64,000 nucleotides of DNA from Bacilli bacterium (GTDB taxonomy: Bacteria; Bacillota_I; Bacilli_A; RFN20; CAG-826). The position numbers and the translations under genes are program-made. Shown one piece after another: positions 49,167-59,209 of the stretch (the stretch's first letter is position 1; each line of letters opens with the position of its first letter). The notes under the pieces were generated by a model. That model was not told the origin of the DNA, searched no databases, and worked only from the letters and a program-made list of their open reading frames with translations. The DNA lies in NCBI GenBank assembly GCA_045226015.1, contig JBGVBY010000003.1, forward strand, positions 6,243-70,242, given 5' to 3'.

Positions 49167-49239
49167 TTAGCACTAATGTGTTGACAGTGCTAACACTTTC
49201 GCTATAATGTAATTAGCACTGAAAAGATTGGAGTGCTAA
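49167..49239 (+). promoter_or_regulatory. hrcA promoter flanked by two CIRCE operator elements
   Basis: CIRCE-1 TTAGCACTa-N9-cAGTGCTAA lies at 49167-49193 and contains the -35 TTGACA (49181-49186). -10 TATAAT is at 49203-49208 (16-nt spacer). CIRCE-2 TTAGCACTg-N9-GAGTGCTAA lies at 49213-49239, directly before the RBS aaaggagg. Confidence 0.8.
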
Positions 49240-49254
49240 AAAGGAGGTACAAAG

Positions 49255-50289
49255 ATGTCAATTACAAGAAGCGAAATGATTCTCAAATTAATCGTCGATC
49301 ATTTCGTGAAAACTGCTGAACCTGTCGGTAGTCAAACCTTAATTGAAGAATACGACCTTCCTTATAGTAGCGCTACCATTCGAAATGAAATGTCTGCCCT
49401 AGAGAAGATGGGATATATCGAAAAGCCTCATACGAGCGCAGGACGCGTTCCTTCTTCAAAAGGTTATGAATATTATTGCAAACACCTTAGAGACAAAAAC
49501 CTCAGTGACAGCATTAAGTATTCACTTCAATCAGTGTTAGATTCCAAAGTTCAATCTGTTGAAGAAGTCATTAAAAGAAGCTGTGAGATTATATCTCATA
49601 TGACTAATCTTGTCAGTGTGGTTATGGGTCCTGAAGAAAAAGCTGAACACTTAGCGAGTATTCAACTCATCCCAATTAACGAGAACACATTAACCGCTGT
49701 CTTCGTTACTGATAAAGGCTATGTTGAAAACAAAACCTTCATCTTAGAAGAAAGTATCAAATCCGAAGAAGTAGTGAAGTGTGTTGAACTTCTTAACGCG
49801 AGATTAAAGGGAACACCAATCGACGGTTTAGTGGAGAAGATGGAAACCTTAAAACCAGTCCTCTCTGATTACATTGTTTCCCATGATGTTGTCTATCAAG
49901 CGATTCTTGAATCGCTCCTTAGATTCACTGGCGATCGTCTCTCCTTATATGGAAAAGAAGAACTCTTCAATCATCCAGAATTCAAAAACGATACAGAAGC
50001 ACTTATGAAAGTCATGAAACTTCTAGATGATACATCCTTATTAAGAAAAGCTGATTATCACGTTGAAGAAGATGGAGAAACAGCAGTAGCAATCGGAGAT
50101 ATCGAAGGTAATCCTAATGTTTCATTAGTGACTGCTAAAATCAAGATTGGCCCTGATAGTGAAAACACAATTACTCTTGTCGGTCCAAAAAGAATGGACT
50201 ACGACAAAGCCTTATCCGCTCTAGAATTCCTAGCGGATGAGCTTGATAAATACTTTAACGACAAAGGAGGTCATAGTAATGGAGAATAA
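49255..50289 (+). CDS. hrcA: Heat-inducible transcription repressor HrcA
   Basis: 344 aa. The N-terminal wHTH (SQTLIEEYDLPYSSATIRNEMSALEKMGYIEKPHTSAGRVPS) is HrcA-typical, and CIRCE elements lie upstream. Confidence 0.9.
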   Translation: MSITRSEMILKLIVDHFVKTAEPVGSQTLIEEYDLPYSSATIRNEMSALEKMGYIEKPHTSAGRVPSSKGYEYYCKHLRDKNLSDSIKYSLQSVLDSKVQSVEEVIKRSCEIISHMTNLVSVVMGPEEKAEHLASIQLIPINENTLTAVFVTDKGYVENKTFILEESIKSEEVVKCVELLNARLKGTPIDGLVEKMETLKPVLSDYIVSHDVVYQAILESLLRFTGDRLSLYGKEELFNHPEFKNDTEALMKVMKLLDDTSLLRKADYHVEEDGETAVAIGDIEGNPNVSLVTAKIKIGPDSENTITLVGPKRMDYDKALSALEFLADELDKYFNDKGGHSNGE

Positions 50290-50848
50290 CGAAGAATTAA
50301 AAGAAGAAGTTGCTAGCAAAAAAGAAAAGAAAAAGATTGATAAACTCCTCGAAGAGATTGAAAAGTTAAAAGCCGACTCAGATCATTGGAAAAATGAATA
50401 CTATAGAGCCTACGCTGATACGAAAAATCTCCGTAATAGTCTTGAAAAAGACTACAAGGAAGCAATGAGATATCGTTCAGAAGGATTCATTGATGAATTA
50501 CTTCCGGTTCTAGATAGCTTCCATATGGCGTTAGCCAATGAACCAACCGATCCAGCGTTAAAGAACTACTTAACCGGATTCCAATATGTATATCGTAATC
50601 TCGTCAGTGTTCTTGAAAATGAAGGAGTGACGGAAATGTCACCAAATGTTGGAGACAAATTCGATCCACACACCATGAACGCTGTTGATACAGAAGTTGG
50701 TGAACAAGAGAACATAGTTATCAAAGTTTATGGAAAAGGTTACAAACTTCACGATCGTATTATTCGCCCTGCCATGGTGCAAGTAAGCGTTCGTAAAGAG
50801 GAAAATAAAGAAAACAAAGAAGCATCAAACGAGAAAATTGATGCATAG
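50279..50848 (+). CDS. grpE: Nucleotide exchange factor GrpE
   Basis: The track ORF starts at 50237. ATG 50279 with RBS aaaggagg is preferred. The coiled-coil N-terminus and C-terminal GrpE beta-domain are present. Overlaps the hrcA stop by 11 nt. Confidence 0.88.
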   Translation: MENNEELKEEVASKKEKKKIDKLLEEIEKLKADSDHWKNEYYRAYADTKNLRNSLEKDYKEAMRYRSEGFIDELLPVLDSFHMALANEPTDPALKNYLTGFQYVYRNLVSVLENEGVTEMSPNVGDKFDPHTMNAVDTEVGEQENIVIKVYGKGYKLHDRIIRPAMVQVSVRKEENKENKEASNEKIDA

Positions 50849-50861
50849 GAGGAAATAAATT

Positions 50862-52685
50862 ATGGCAAAAGAAATTATCTTAGGTATTGACCTTGGTACA
50901 ACAAACTCAGTTGTATCCTATTTACAAGCTGATGGCACTGTTAAAGTCATCCCTTCTCCAGAAGGAACAATGACCACTCCATCAGTGGTTGCCTTTAAGG
51001 CAAGTGGTGAAGAAATCGTTGGTAACGCTGCGAAAAGACAAGCAATCACTAACCCAGACACAGTAAGCTCTATCAAACGTAAAATGGGTAGTGCAGAAAA
51101 AGTCCACATCAACTGCATTAACAAAGATTTCACCCCACAAGAAATCTCCGCGAAAGTTCTTGCATATATGAAAAAATATGCCGAACAAAATATCGGACAC
51201 AAAGTTGAAAAGGCAGTTATTACTGTTCCAGCATACTTCAACGATGCTCAAAGACAAGCAACAAAAGACGCTGGTCAAATCGCTGGACTTGATGTCGTTC
51301 GTATTATTAACGAACCAACCGCAGCTGCATTAGCCTATGGTTTACAAACTGAAAAATCTGAAAAGATTTTAGTGTTTGACTTAGGTGGTGGTACATTCGA
51401 TGTCTCTATCCTTGATATTGGAGACGGCACATTCGAAGTTATTTCTACCGCTGGAGACAACCGCTTAGGTGGTGATGACTGGGATCAAGTCGTTGCGGAT
51501 TACATCAAAGCACAAATCAAAATTGAGAATAATGTCGATATTACTGACAAAGGTAGCTTACAAAGAATCAGAGAAGCTGCTGAAAAGGCGAAGATTGAAT
51601 TATCTTCATCCTTAGAGACAGTTATCTCCTTACCATTCATTTCTATGACTGCTAGTGGACCTGTTAACTTCGAACACACCTTAACCCGTGCTAAGTTCCA
51701 AGATTTAACAAGACATCTCTTGAAGAGATGTGAAGAACCAGTTAGACGTGCATTAAGTGACGCTAACATGAAAGCTAGTGAACTTGATCAAGTCCTCTTA
51801 ATCGGTGGTTCTATCCGTATGCCAGCTGTCCAAGAATTAGTAGCTTCCTTAACTGGAAAGAAACCAAACTTATCTGTTAACCCAGACGAAGCTGTTTCTA
51901 TCGGTGCTGCTTATCAAGGTGGTGTTGTCAGTGGTGATGTTAAGGACGTTGTCCTTCTCGACGTTACTCCATTAACCTTAGGTATTGAAACTTTAGGTGG
52001 AGTTCTCACACCTCTTATTAAGAGAAATACAACTATTCCAACTACACAAAGTCAAATCTTCTCAACTGCTGCTGATAATCAACCAGCCGTTGATATCATG
52101 GTCTATCAAGGTGAAAGACCAATGGCCCATGACAACAAATTATTAGGTCACTTCCAATTAACTGGTATCAAACCAGCTAGACGTGGTGAACCTCGTATTG
52201 AAGTCACATTCTCTATTGACGTTAACGGTATAGTTAAAGTCTCCGCTAAAGATTTAGATACTCAAAAAGAACAAGAAATTACTATCACTGGTAGTAATGG
52301 CTTATCTAAAGAAGATATCGATAGAATGGTGAGAGAAGCCGAAGAGAACGCGGAAGCTGACGCAAAACGTAAAGAAGAAACTGAAGTCAAGAATAAGGCC
52401 GAAACCTTAATCAACGACATTGACATTTCTTTACAAGAAAAAGGCGATAGTATCGATCCAGCGCAAAAAGAGCAAACTCAAAAATTAAGAGATGAACTCA
52501 AGACTGCGTTAGATAATAACGATATCGAAACCTTAAAGAAGAGAATTAGTGAATTAGAACAAGCAGCAGCCTATATGGCTAACGCTCAAGCTAATAACAA
52601 TAACGCTAGTGGCGATAATTCCACTCCAGGAAGTAACCCAGACGACGTTGTTGACGCTGATTTCTCAGATAAAAATAAAGCATAA
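50862..52685 (+). CDS. dnaK: Molecular chaperone DnaK (Hsp70)
   Basis: 607 aa. [18 protein letters not shown] and the substrate-binding domain are unmistakable. Confidence 0.97.
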   Translation: MAKEIILGIDLGTTNSVVSYLQADGTVKVIPSPEGTMTTPSVVAFKASGEEIVGNAAKRQAITNPDTVSSIKRKMGSAEKVHINCINKDFTPQEISAKVLAYMKKYAEQNIGHKVEKAVITVPAYFNDAQRQATKDAGQIAGLDVVRIINEPTAAALAYGLQTEKSEKILVFDLGGGTFDVSILDIGDGTFEVISTAGDNRLGGDDWDQVVADYIKAQIKIENNVDITDKGSLQRIREAAEKAKIELSSSLETVISLPFISMTASGPVNFEHTLTRAKFQDLTRHLLKRCEEPVRRALSDANMKASELDQVLLIGGSIRMPAVQELVASLTGKKPNLSVNPDEAVSIGAAYQGGVVSGDVKDVVLLDVTPLTLGIETLGGVLTPLIKRNTTIPTTQSQIFSTAADNQPAVDIMVYQGERPMAHDNKLLGHFQLTGIKPARRGEPRIEVTFSIDVNGIVKVSAKDLDTQKEQEITITGSNGLSKEDIDRMVREAEENAEADAKRKEETEVKNKAETLINDIDISLQEKGDSIDPAQKEQTQKLRDELKTALDNNDIETLKKRISELEQAAAYMANAQANNNNASGDNSTPGSNPDDVVDADFSDKNKA

Positions 52686-52750
52686 TTATTAGAATTAATT
52701 TGCACAAGGAGGGCATATGCCCTCTTTAGTGGCAAATAGAAAGGATCACT

Positions 52751-53881
52751 ATGGCGAAACGAGATTATTATGAAGTCTTAGGTGTTAGTAAAACCGCCTC
52801 TAAAGACGAAATTAAATCTAGCTATCGTAAACTTGCAAAAAAGTTCCATCCAGATAACAAAGAAACTGGTGACGAAGCGAAATTTAAAGAAGTCCAAGAA
52901 GCTTACGACATCCTTTATGATGACAAAAAGAGAAGCGCATATGATCAATTTGGACACGCAGCCTTTGAACAAACTGGTGGTGGTCCTGCTGGAGGCAATC
53001 CATTCAGTGGTTTCAGTGGCTTTGGTGGCGAAGATATTAACTTAGGTGATATATTCTCCTCTTTCTTTGGGGGAGGCGCTAGATCTTCAAGAAGATCAAC
53101 CGGTCCTACTAAAGGCGAAGATATATTAATGCGTTTACGCGTCGACTTTATGGATGCAGTCACTGGCAAAGACCAAGAAGTCAGTTTTGATTTCGATGAT
53201 GATTGTCCTCATTGTCATGGCACAGGTGCTGATTCTCCTAACGATATTAAAACCTGTCCAACATGTAATGGCAGAGGTTCAGTTACTCGTCAACAAAGAA
53301 GTTTGTTTGGCACTGTAAATACTGAAGTTGTCTGTCCTGATTGTGGTGGAAGAGGAAAAATCATTTCAAAGAAATGTACTGTCTGTGGTGGCACCGGGCA
53401 TAAACGCGTTAAGAAGACACAAAAGATTCACATCCCAGTTGGTATTAATAACGGCCAACAAATCCGCTTAAACGGTATGGGTGGCGCTGGAAAAAACGGT
53501 GGTCCTCATGGTGACTTATATATTGAAATCAATATTAAGGAGCATCCATATTTCAAGCGTGAAAGAAATGATATCCACTTAGATGTACCTCTCGACTTTG
53601 TCGATGCAATATTAGGAACTAAGATTGATATCCCAACAGTGTATGGAGAAATGACAGTCACTGTTCCTGAGGGAACTCAACCTGGTACAGTCCTTAGATT
53701 AAAAGGACAAGGTATCAAAGACTTACGTAGTGGCAAACCTGGAGATCAATACATTCATCTTGATATCAAAGGTCCATCAGGCCTTAACAAAAAACAAAAA
53801 GAGGCTCTCCAAGCTTATAAGGACGCAAGTAAGGGTTCAGACTCCCTCTTTGAAAAATTTAAAAAGAAATTCAAAAAATAA
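52751..53881 (+). CDS. dnaJ: Molecular chaperone DnaJ
   Basis: 376 aa. J-domain with HPD motif (KFHPDNK), G/F-rich region, and four CxxCxGxG zinc-finger repeats. Confidence 0.95.
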   Translation: MAKRDYYEVLGVSKTASKDEIKSSYRKLAKKFHPDNKETGDEAKFKEVQEAYDILYDDKKRSAYDQFGHAAFEQTGGGPAGGNPFSGFSGFGGEDINLGDIFSSFFGGGARSSRRSTGPTKGEDILMRLRVDFMDAVTGKDQEVSFDFDDDCPHCHGTGADSPNDIKTCPTCNGRGSVTRQQRSLFGTVNTEVVCPDCGGRGKIISKKCTVCGGTGHKRVKKTQKIHIPVGINNGQQIRLNGMGGAGKNGGPHGDLYIEINIKEHPYFKRERNDIHLDVPLDFVDAILGTKIDIPTVYGEMTVTVPEGTQPGTVLRLKGQGIKDLRSGKPGDQYIHLDIKGPSGLNKKQKEALQAYKDASKGSDSLFEKFKKKFKK

Positions 53882-53906
53882 GACCCTTTGGGTCTTTTTC
53901 TTTTTC
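53879..53906 (+). terminator. Rho-independent terminator after dnaJ
   Basis: Hairpin aagaccc-tttg-ggtctt followed by tttctttttc. Confidence 0.7.
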
Positions 53907-53995
53907 ATGAAAAAAAGTTTAAATTTCTAACCAAAAAAATCGCATTTTCTTCCTATTTAAATAGTGAGGGGCAATTCCTCGAAAGGAGTAAGAAA

Positions 53996-55192
53996 ATGTA
54001 TTTTATATCCCAGATTGGTAAGCAAGATTGCGCCTTCGCTTGCCTAAAGATGATGTTAGCGAATTATCATCACGACAAAAACTATATCTATCTCCCATGT
54101 GAGAACAAAAGTTATAGTTTTCAAGACCTTATCGACATAGGAAGTCAGTACAACATGACTTTGCTAGGGGTGAAGATTGAATCACCTCAAGAACTCTATA
54201 AGTGTAAGAAATTCCCTATCGTTGTTACACTTAACAAGAAGAAAGGGCTTAAACACAGCGTGCTTCTATTATCCGCGAATGCAAAGTACGTGCGTATTTA
54301 TGATCCTGAACTTGGAAAAAGAAAGATTAGCACCGAGCTGTTTTTAAGCGAATGGACAGGTAAAGCTTTAATCGTTAAAGAGATGACGAGAACAAAGTGT
54401 CCAGTTTCTTTTCCTGATTTCATTAACAAGAATGATAAAATCATTCTCCCTGTCACTCAACTTCTTAGTGGAATCAGCTTACTAATTGGAACATATTTTT
54501 TATCAGACTCATTTAAGATTTATCTTCCACTTATCTTTATGGTGCTCTTTGTGACTTTTGAAGTTCTATTTAGATGGTCACTCGTCAGTGCGATGAGAAG
54601 AATGGATGATATACTCAGTAGTTACACCTTCAATTTAGAAAAGGAGCAGTATGTTGATTTATTTAAGGATATTGAAAAGTATCGTAAAATCGCTTTAACA
54701 ATCACTCCAAACTTCATTTATTCCTGCATGATTACGATATTTGTAATTGTGGTTTTGATGATTAATAGTCTTATCAACGTTATATTTGTGATGGTGCCTT
54801 TGATGTTGGCTTTTATTCAGGTCTTCCTATTCAATCCCTATTTCAATGAAAAGAAGCTTGTCATCGAAGAAAAAGAACAAGAAATTGCAGATGTTGAAAA
54901 CGATTATCAATTCAAAATGAAGAGTAGTGAAGTTCATAACATTGCTTACAAGACCGCGCTTAATAGCAATGCATATTTCTATTTTGAAGTAGCGATGTTA
55001 CTACTTTCCATTGTTTTAACAATGGTGGTCACTAAAACATTCAATATCACCTACGTCGTATTTTATTTATGTATCACTTTGTTCCTCAAGAGCAATTTCG
55101 CTAAGCTATTTGAATTACCAAGTCAAAGCGAAGAATACGATCACACACTCGCTAAACTCATCAATGTAATTAATACGCAAAATAACAATTGA
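53996..55192 (+). CDS. C39 peptidase-domain protein fused to a polytopic membrane domain, lacking any ABC ATPase domain
   Basis: The track ORF starts at 53888. ATG 53996 with RBS gaaaggag is preferred. The N-terminal ~135 aa show the C39 bacteriocin-processing peptidase pattern (QIGKQDCAFACLKMM with catalytic Cys; later His in LKHSVLL and Asp in YDPELG). Roughly 5 hydrophobic helices follow. The ORF ends without Walker motifs. Confidence 0.6.
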   Translation: MYFISQIGKQDCAFACLKMMLANYHHDKNYIYLPCENKSYSFQDLIDIGSQYNMTLLGVKIESPQELYKCKKFPIVVTLNKKKGLKHSVLLLSANAKYVRIYDPELGKRKISTELFLSEWTGKALIVKEMTRTKCPVSFPDFINKNDKIILPVTQLLSGISLLIGTYFLSDSFKIYLPLIFMVLFVTFEVLFRWSLVSAMRRMDDILSSYTFNLEKEQYVDLFKDIEKYRKIALTITPNFIYSCMITIFVIVVLMINSLINVIFVMVPLMLAFIQVFLFNPYFNEKKLVIEEKEQEIADVENDYQFKMKSSEVHNIAYKTALNSNAYFYFEVAMLLLSIVLTMVVTKTFNITYVVFYLCITLFLKSNFAKLFELPSQSEEYDHTLAKLINVINTQNNN

Positions 55193-55226
55193 TAGATTAT
55201 CACTCCTTATCTATGATAAACTACTA

Positions 55227-55685
55227 TTGATGGAATTAGATTTTGCCACTAAAAACAAAGAGTTTGAAAACTACGAAGAAGAATATTTGTCTTTGATGGA
55301 TTTAACCACTAAAAAGTTAGGCATCAAGTGCGACATTATTGTTTCTGTCTCTTTAGTGGACAATCGTTACATTCATTGCATCAATAAGAAATATCGTCAT
55401 ATTGATCGTCCTACGGATGTGATTAGTTTCGCTTTCCTTGACGATAATCATCAATATGATAAAATCTTATTCCACGAAGGTCAGGTTGTATTAGGTGATA
55501 TTTATATATCCACCGAAAAAGCTATTGAACAAGCTAATGAATACGGACATTCGTTAAAAAGAGAAATGTGCTTCTTGTTCGTTCATGGTTTACTCCATTT
55601 ATTGGGGTATGACCATATGAATGAAGAAGATGAAAAAATAATGTTTTCTCTTCAAGAAGAGATTTTAAAAGATAAAGGAGTGTAA
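55227..55685 (+). CDS. ybeY: rRNA maturation endoribonuclease YbeY
   Basis: 152 aa. Zinc-binding motif HGLLHLLGYDH is present. Confidence 0.9.
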   Translation: MMELDFATKNKEFENYEEEYLSLMDLTTKKLGIKCDIIVSVSLVDNRYIHCINKKYRHIDRPTDVISFAFLDDNHQYDKILFHEGQVVLGDIYISTEKAIEQANEYGHSLKREMCFLFVHGLLHLLGYDHMNEEDEKIMFSLQEEILKDKGV

Positions 55686-55688
55686 TCT

Positions 55689-56090
55689 ATGGACAAGAAA
55701 GAATTAATTGAGAAGGCAGTGGAAGCGAGAAAACTCTCATACTCACCATATAGCCATTTCGCTGTAGGAGCAGCAGTTCTTACTAAAGACGGAAAAGTGT
55801 TTTTAGGAGCAAATGTCGAAAACTCTTCATATCCATTATGCATGTGTGCAGAGAGAAACGCTCTTTATCACGCCATGATGAATGGCTATAAGAAAGAAGA
55901 TCTCTTAATGCTTGCATTAAGTGCTGATACAGACGGACCATGTTCTCCTTGTGGAGCATGTCGCCAAGTCATTAGTGAACTATTCCCAAAAGATGGTGTC
56001 ATTTTAATGACAAACTTAAAAGGTGCTGTTCAAGAAACAAACGTTGACGAATTATTACCTTTCGCATTCAGTGAGGATGATTTGAAATAA
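55689..56090 (+). CDS. cdd: Cytidine deaminase
   Basis: 133 aa. Zinc-ligand motifs CAERNA and CSPCGACRQ are present. Confidence 0.88.
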   Translation: MDKKELIEKAVEARKLSYSPYSHFAVGAAVLTKDGKVFLGANVENSSYPLCMCAERNALYHAMMNGYKKEDLLMLALSADTDGPCSPCGACRQVISELFPKDGVILMTNLKGAVQETNVDELLPFAFSEDDLK

Positions 56091-56980
56091 TGAAATCTGG
56101 CTTTGTTGCTATATTAGGCCATCCTAATGTTGGTAAATCAACAATCCTTAATGGGATCATTAATAGAAAGATTTCTATTGTTACCGATAAAAGTCAAACA
56201 ACACGAAACATAATTCGTGGAATATATCGTGGCAAAGATAGCCAAGTTATTTTCATTGACACTCCTGGCATTCATAAACCACACGCAAAACTTGGAGTGG
56301 AAATGAATTCTATGGCTTATAGCAGTGCTCATGAAGCAGATATAAATATCTTAGCAGTGGATGCTTCTAGACCTTTTAGTGATTCCGACGAATTTCTTTT
56401 AGAACATCTCGACATTAAAAACTGTCCTTTAATCATTGTTTTTAATAAAATCGATCAAGCTCGACTCCCAGAAGTTGAAAAGCTTAAGGCAATCTATAAA
56501 GAAAAATTGCCAGAAAGCCACTTTATTGACACGGTAGCGAGCGAAAAGTTTAATTTAGAGGAATTAATCACCTTGGTAGAAAAACTCCTTCCAGAAGGCC
56601 CAGAATATTATCCTGGAATGGAAGTTACTGACAAAGACGAGATTTTCCAAATCAAAGAGATTATTCGTGAAAAAGTTTTAAAAACACTTAGAGATGAAGT
56701 TCCACATTCGATCGCAATCTATATGGATAACATCAAGTGGGAAGAAAACCCAATTCATATACACGCATCTATTATCGTTGAGAAGGATTCCCAAAAGGGA
56801 ATTGTTATCGGCGCTGGTGGGAAACGAATTAAAGAAATCGGCTTAAAAGCGAGAAGAGATATTGAAAAGTTACTAAATAAACACGTCTTCCTAGAACTAT
56901 TTGTTAAGGTCCAAAGTGATTGGCGTAACAATGACACTCTATTAGAGACATACGGATATAAAAACAAATCGAAAAACTAA
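56090..56980 (+). CDS. era: GTPase Era
   Basis: 296 aa. G1 GHPNVGKST, G3 DTPG and G4 NKID motifs are present, with a C-terminal KH domain. Confidence 0.93.
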   Translation: MKSGFVAILGHPNVGKSTILNGIINRKISIVTDKSQTTRNIIRGIYRGKDSQVIFIDTPGIHKPHAKLGVEMNSMAYSSAHEADINILAVDASRPFSDSDEFLLEHLDIKNCPLIIVFNKIDQARLPEVEKLKAIYKEKLPESHFIDTVASEKFNLEELITLVEKLLPEGPEYYPGMEVTDKDEIFQIKEIIREKVLKTLRDEVPHSIAIYMDNIKWEENPIHIHASIIVEKDSQKGIVIGAGGKRIKEIGLKARRDIEKLLNKHVFLELFVKVQSDWRNNDTLLETYGYKNKSKN

Positions 56981-56982
56981 TA

Positions 56983-57699
56983 ATGAAAATAATCACATTA
57001 TCCATGAGTCCTTATAAGGAAAAGGACGTAATTTATAACGCGATCAGTGAAACTGGTTACGTTACTTTTAGAGCTAGAGGTGGCTTAGATAACAAATCTG
57101 CGTTTGTTTGGTTGAACAATGTTTTAACTATCGCAGATGTGGAATTAGTCGCAGATAAACGCTCGAACTATTTATCGTTGAAAGAAGCAAAACCGATATC
57201 TTCATCACTTATCGGTAACACCGATTTCAATTATCTGGCATCAATTTCTGTGTTTGCTCAAATTGCAAAAAACATGTTTGAAGAAAGTGATGTCCATCAA
57301 TTATTTTCTGATATCGAAATGGCGTTACAAGCATTAAAATTTGGTAAAGACCATCTAATGGTCACTCTTATTTTCTTGGCTAGATGCACAAAGAAAGCGG
57401 GCGCAGAAATAAATGTTGATTGCTGCGTTCACTGTGGGGCAACAAGTGACATAGTCAATCTTTCTTTTGAAGAAGGCGGTTTTGTCTGTAGAAGATGCGA
57501 TAGTCCAGAAATTGAACATATCTTTAACGCATCACAAATGAAACTAGTGAGATATGTCTTTAAATCACCTAATTATTCATGCATTGGCAGCGAAGTCTTC
57601 AAAGAAGAAGACAAGAAATATGTCCTTAAATGCTTGAAACAATATGTCTACGATTCAGTTGGAGTTAATCTCAACTCCATTGATAATCTTGTTAAATAA
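56983..57699 (+). CDS. recO: DNA repair protein RecO
   Basis: 238 aa. The Cys4 zinc motif CCVHCG...CRRC is present. Conserved position after era. Confidence 0.8.
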   Translation: MKIITLSMSPYKEKDVIYNAISETGYVTFRARGGLDNKSAFVWLNNVLTIADVELVADKRSNYLSLKEAKPISSSLIGNTDFNYLASISVFAQIAKNMFEESDVHQLFSDIEMALQALKFGKDHLMVTLIFLARCTKKAGAEINVDCCVHCGATSDIVNLSFEEGGFVCRRCDSPEIEHIFNASQMKLVRYVFKSPNYSCIGSEVFKEEDKKYVLKCLKQYVYDSVGVNLNSIDNLVK

Positions 57700-57732
57700 T
57701 ATTTATTTTTAAAAAAGTACACTGATAATGTG

Positions 57733-57761
57733 TTGACAACTATATCGAAAGCCAATATAGT
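57733..57761 (+). promoter_or_regulatory. Putative sigma-A promoter for glyQS(-dnaG-sigA)
   Basis: TTGACA (57733-57738), 17-nt spacer, then TATAGT (57756-57761). The 94-nt leader is too short for a T-box. Confidence 0.5.
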
Positions 57762-57793
57762 TTTTCCTGTACGCAATTTGGAGGTTATTCATA

Positions 57794-59167
57794 ATGAGTG
57801 AATATAGCTTTGATAAATTATGTAGCCACTTTATTTCATCTGGTTATTATTTCCAAGGCAGTGAAATCTATGGTGGTTTATCAAATACTTGGGACTACGG
57901 CCCTTTAGGTAGTGAAATTAAAAACAACATCAGAAAGATGTGGTGGAAGAAGTTTGTTCAAGAAAGTCCTACTAATGTAGGAATTGACGCTGCTATCCTT
58001 ATGAACCCAAAAGTCTGGGAAGCAACAGGACACGTTCAAACATTCAACGACCCACTTATTGATTGTAAAAAATGTAAACAACGTTTTAGAGCTGATCAAT
58101 TAATTGAAGAAGCAGATAAAGATGCTCCAGTAACAACAATGAATAACGATCAAATGATGGATTATATTAGATCACATCATATCGCTTGTCCTAACTGTGG
58201 AGCGGAAGATTTTACTGATATTCGTCAATTCAATATGATGTTTAAGACACATATTGGTGTTACAGAAGACAGTAAGTCTACAGTTTATTTAAGACCAGAG
58301 ACTGCTCAAGGCGTTTTCGTAAACTTTAAAAACGTCATCCGTACAACTAGAAGAAAATTACCTATCGGTATTTGTAATACCGGTAAGGCATTTAGAAACG
58401 AAATTACTCCAGGTCAAATGACATTTAGAATGCGTGAATTTGATCAAATGGAAATGGAATTCTTCTGCAAGCCAGGAACTGATTTAGAATGGTTTGCACA
58501 CTGGAAGAAACAATGCTTATTATTCATCAACGATTTAGGAATCAAAGACGAGAATTTACGTTATCGTGATCATGATCCAGAAGAACTTGCTTTCTATTCG
58601 AAAGCAACAACAGATATTGAATTCCTCTTCCCATTCGGATGGGGTGAAGTTTGGGGAATCGCCGATAGAACAGATTACGACTTAAAACGTCATATGTCCT
58701 ATAGTGGCGAATCTTTGGAATACTTAGATCCAGAAACTCAAGAAAAATATGTTCCATATTGTATTGAACCATCTGTTGGTTTGGATAGACTTGTCTTAAT
58801 GTGCTTATGTAATGCATATGATGAAGAAAAAGTTGGCGAAGACGATACTCGTATCGTCATGCATCTTTCTCCATATGTTGCTCCAATAAAAGCCGCTATT
58901 TTCCCACTCAGCAAAAAGCTTGAGGAAAAGGCTAGAGACGTACAAAACATTCTAAGCAAATACTTCCCAGTCATCTATGATGACACTGGTAGTATTGGCA
59001 AGAGATACCGTCGTCAAGATGCAATTGGCACACCTTTCTGCATTACAATTGATTTTGATACTTTGAACGATAACGAAGTTACAGTTAGAGAAAGAGATTC
59101 AATGCAACAAGTTAGAATGCCAATTACCGAACTTGTTAAATACTTAACAGTCAAACTATTCTATTAG
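57794..59167 (+). CDS. glyQS: Glycine--tRNA ligase, homodimeric (alpha2, GlyQS) type
   Basis: 457 aa single-chain class II GlyRS (FRAD, GLDR motifs). It is not the alpha2beta2 glyQ/glyS pair found in Bacillus. Confidence 0.93.
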   Translation: MSEYSFDKLCSHFISSGYYFQGSEIYGGLSNTWDYGPLGSEIKNNIRKMWWKKFVQESPTNVGIDAAILMNPKVWEATGHVQTFNDPLIDCKKCKQRFRADQLIEEADKDAPVTTMNNDQMMDYIRSHHIACPNCGAEDFTDIRQFNMMFKTHIGVTEDSKSTVYLRPETAQGVFVNFKNVIRTTRRKLPIGICNTGKAFRNEITPGQMTFRMREFDQMEMEFFCKPGTDLEWFAHWKKQCLLFINDLGIKDENLRYRDHDPEELAFYSKATTDIEFLFPFGWGEVWGIADRTDYDLKRHMSYSGESLEYLDPETQEKYVPYCIEPSVGLDRLVLMCLCNAYDEEKVGEDDTRIVMHLSPYVAPIKAAIFPLSKKLEEKARDVQNILSKYFPVIYDDTGSIGKRYRRQDAIGTPFCITIDFDTLNDNEVTVRERDSMQQVRMPITELVKYLTVKLFY

Positions 59168-59209
59168 TATAAAATTAGTAGCAAATTAGTAGATTTATAA
59201 TTATATTAT

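Noticed and set aside
57700-57793. Possible T-box riboswitch upstream of glyQS (as in Bacillus)
   Set aside because: The leader is only ~94 nt. It lacks the AGGGTGGNACCGCG T-box sequence and any terminator/antiterminator pair. It contains only a promoter.
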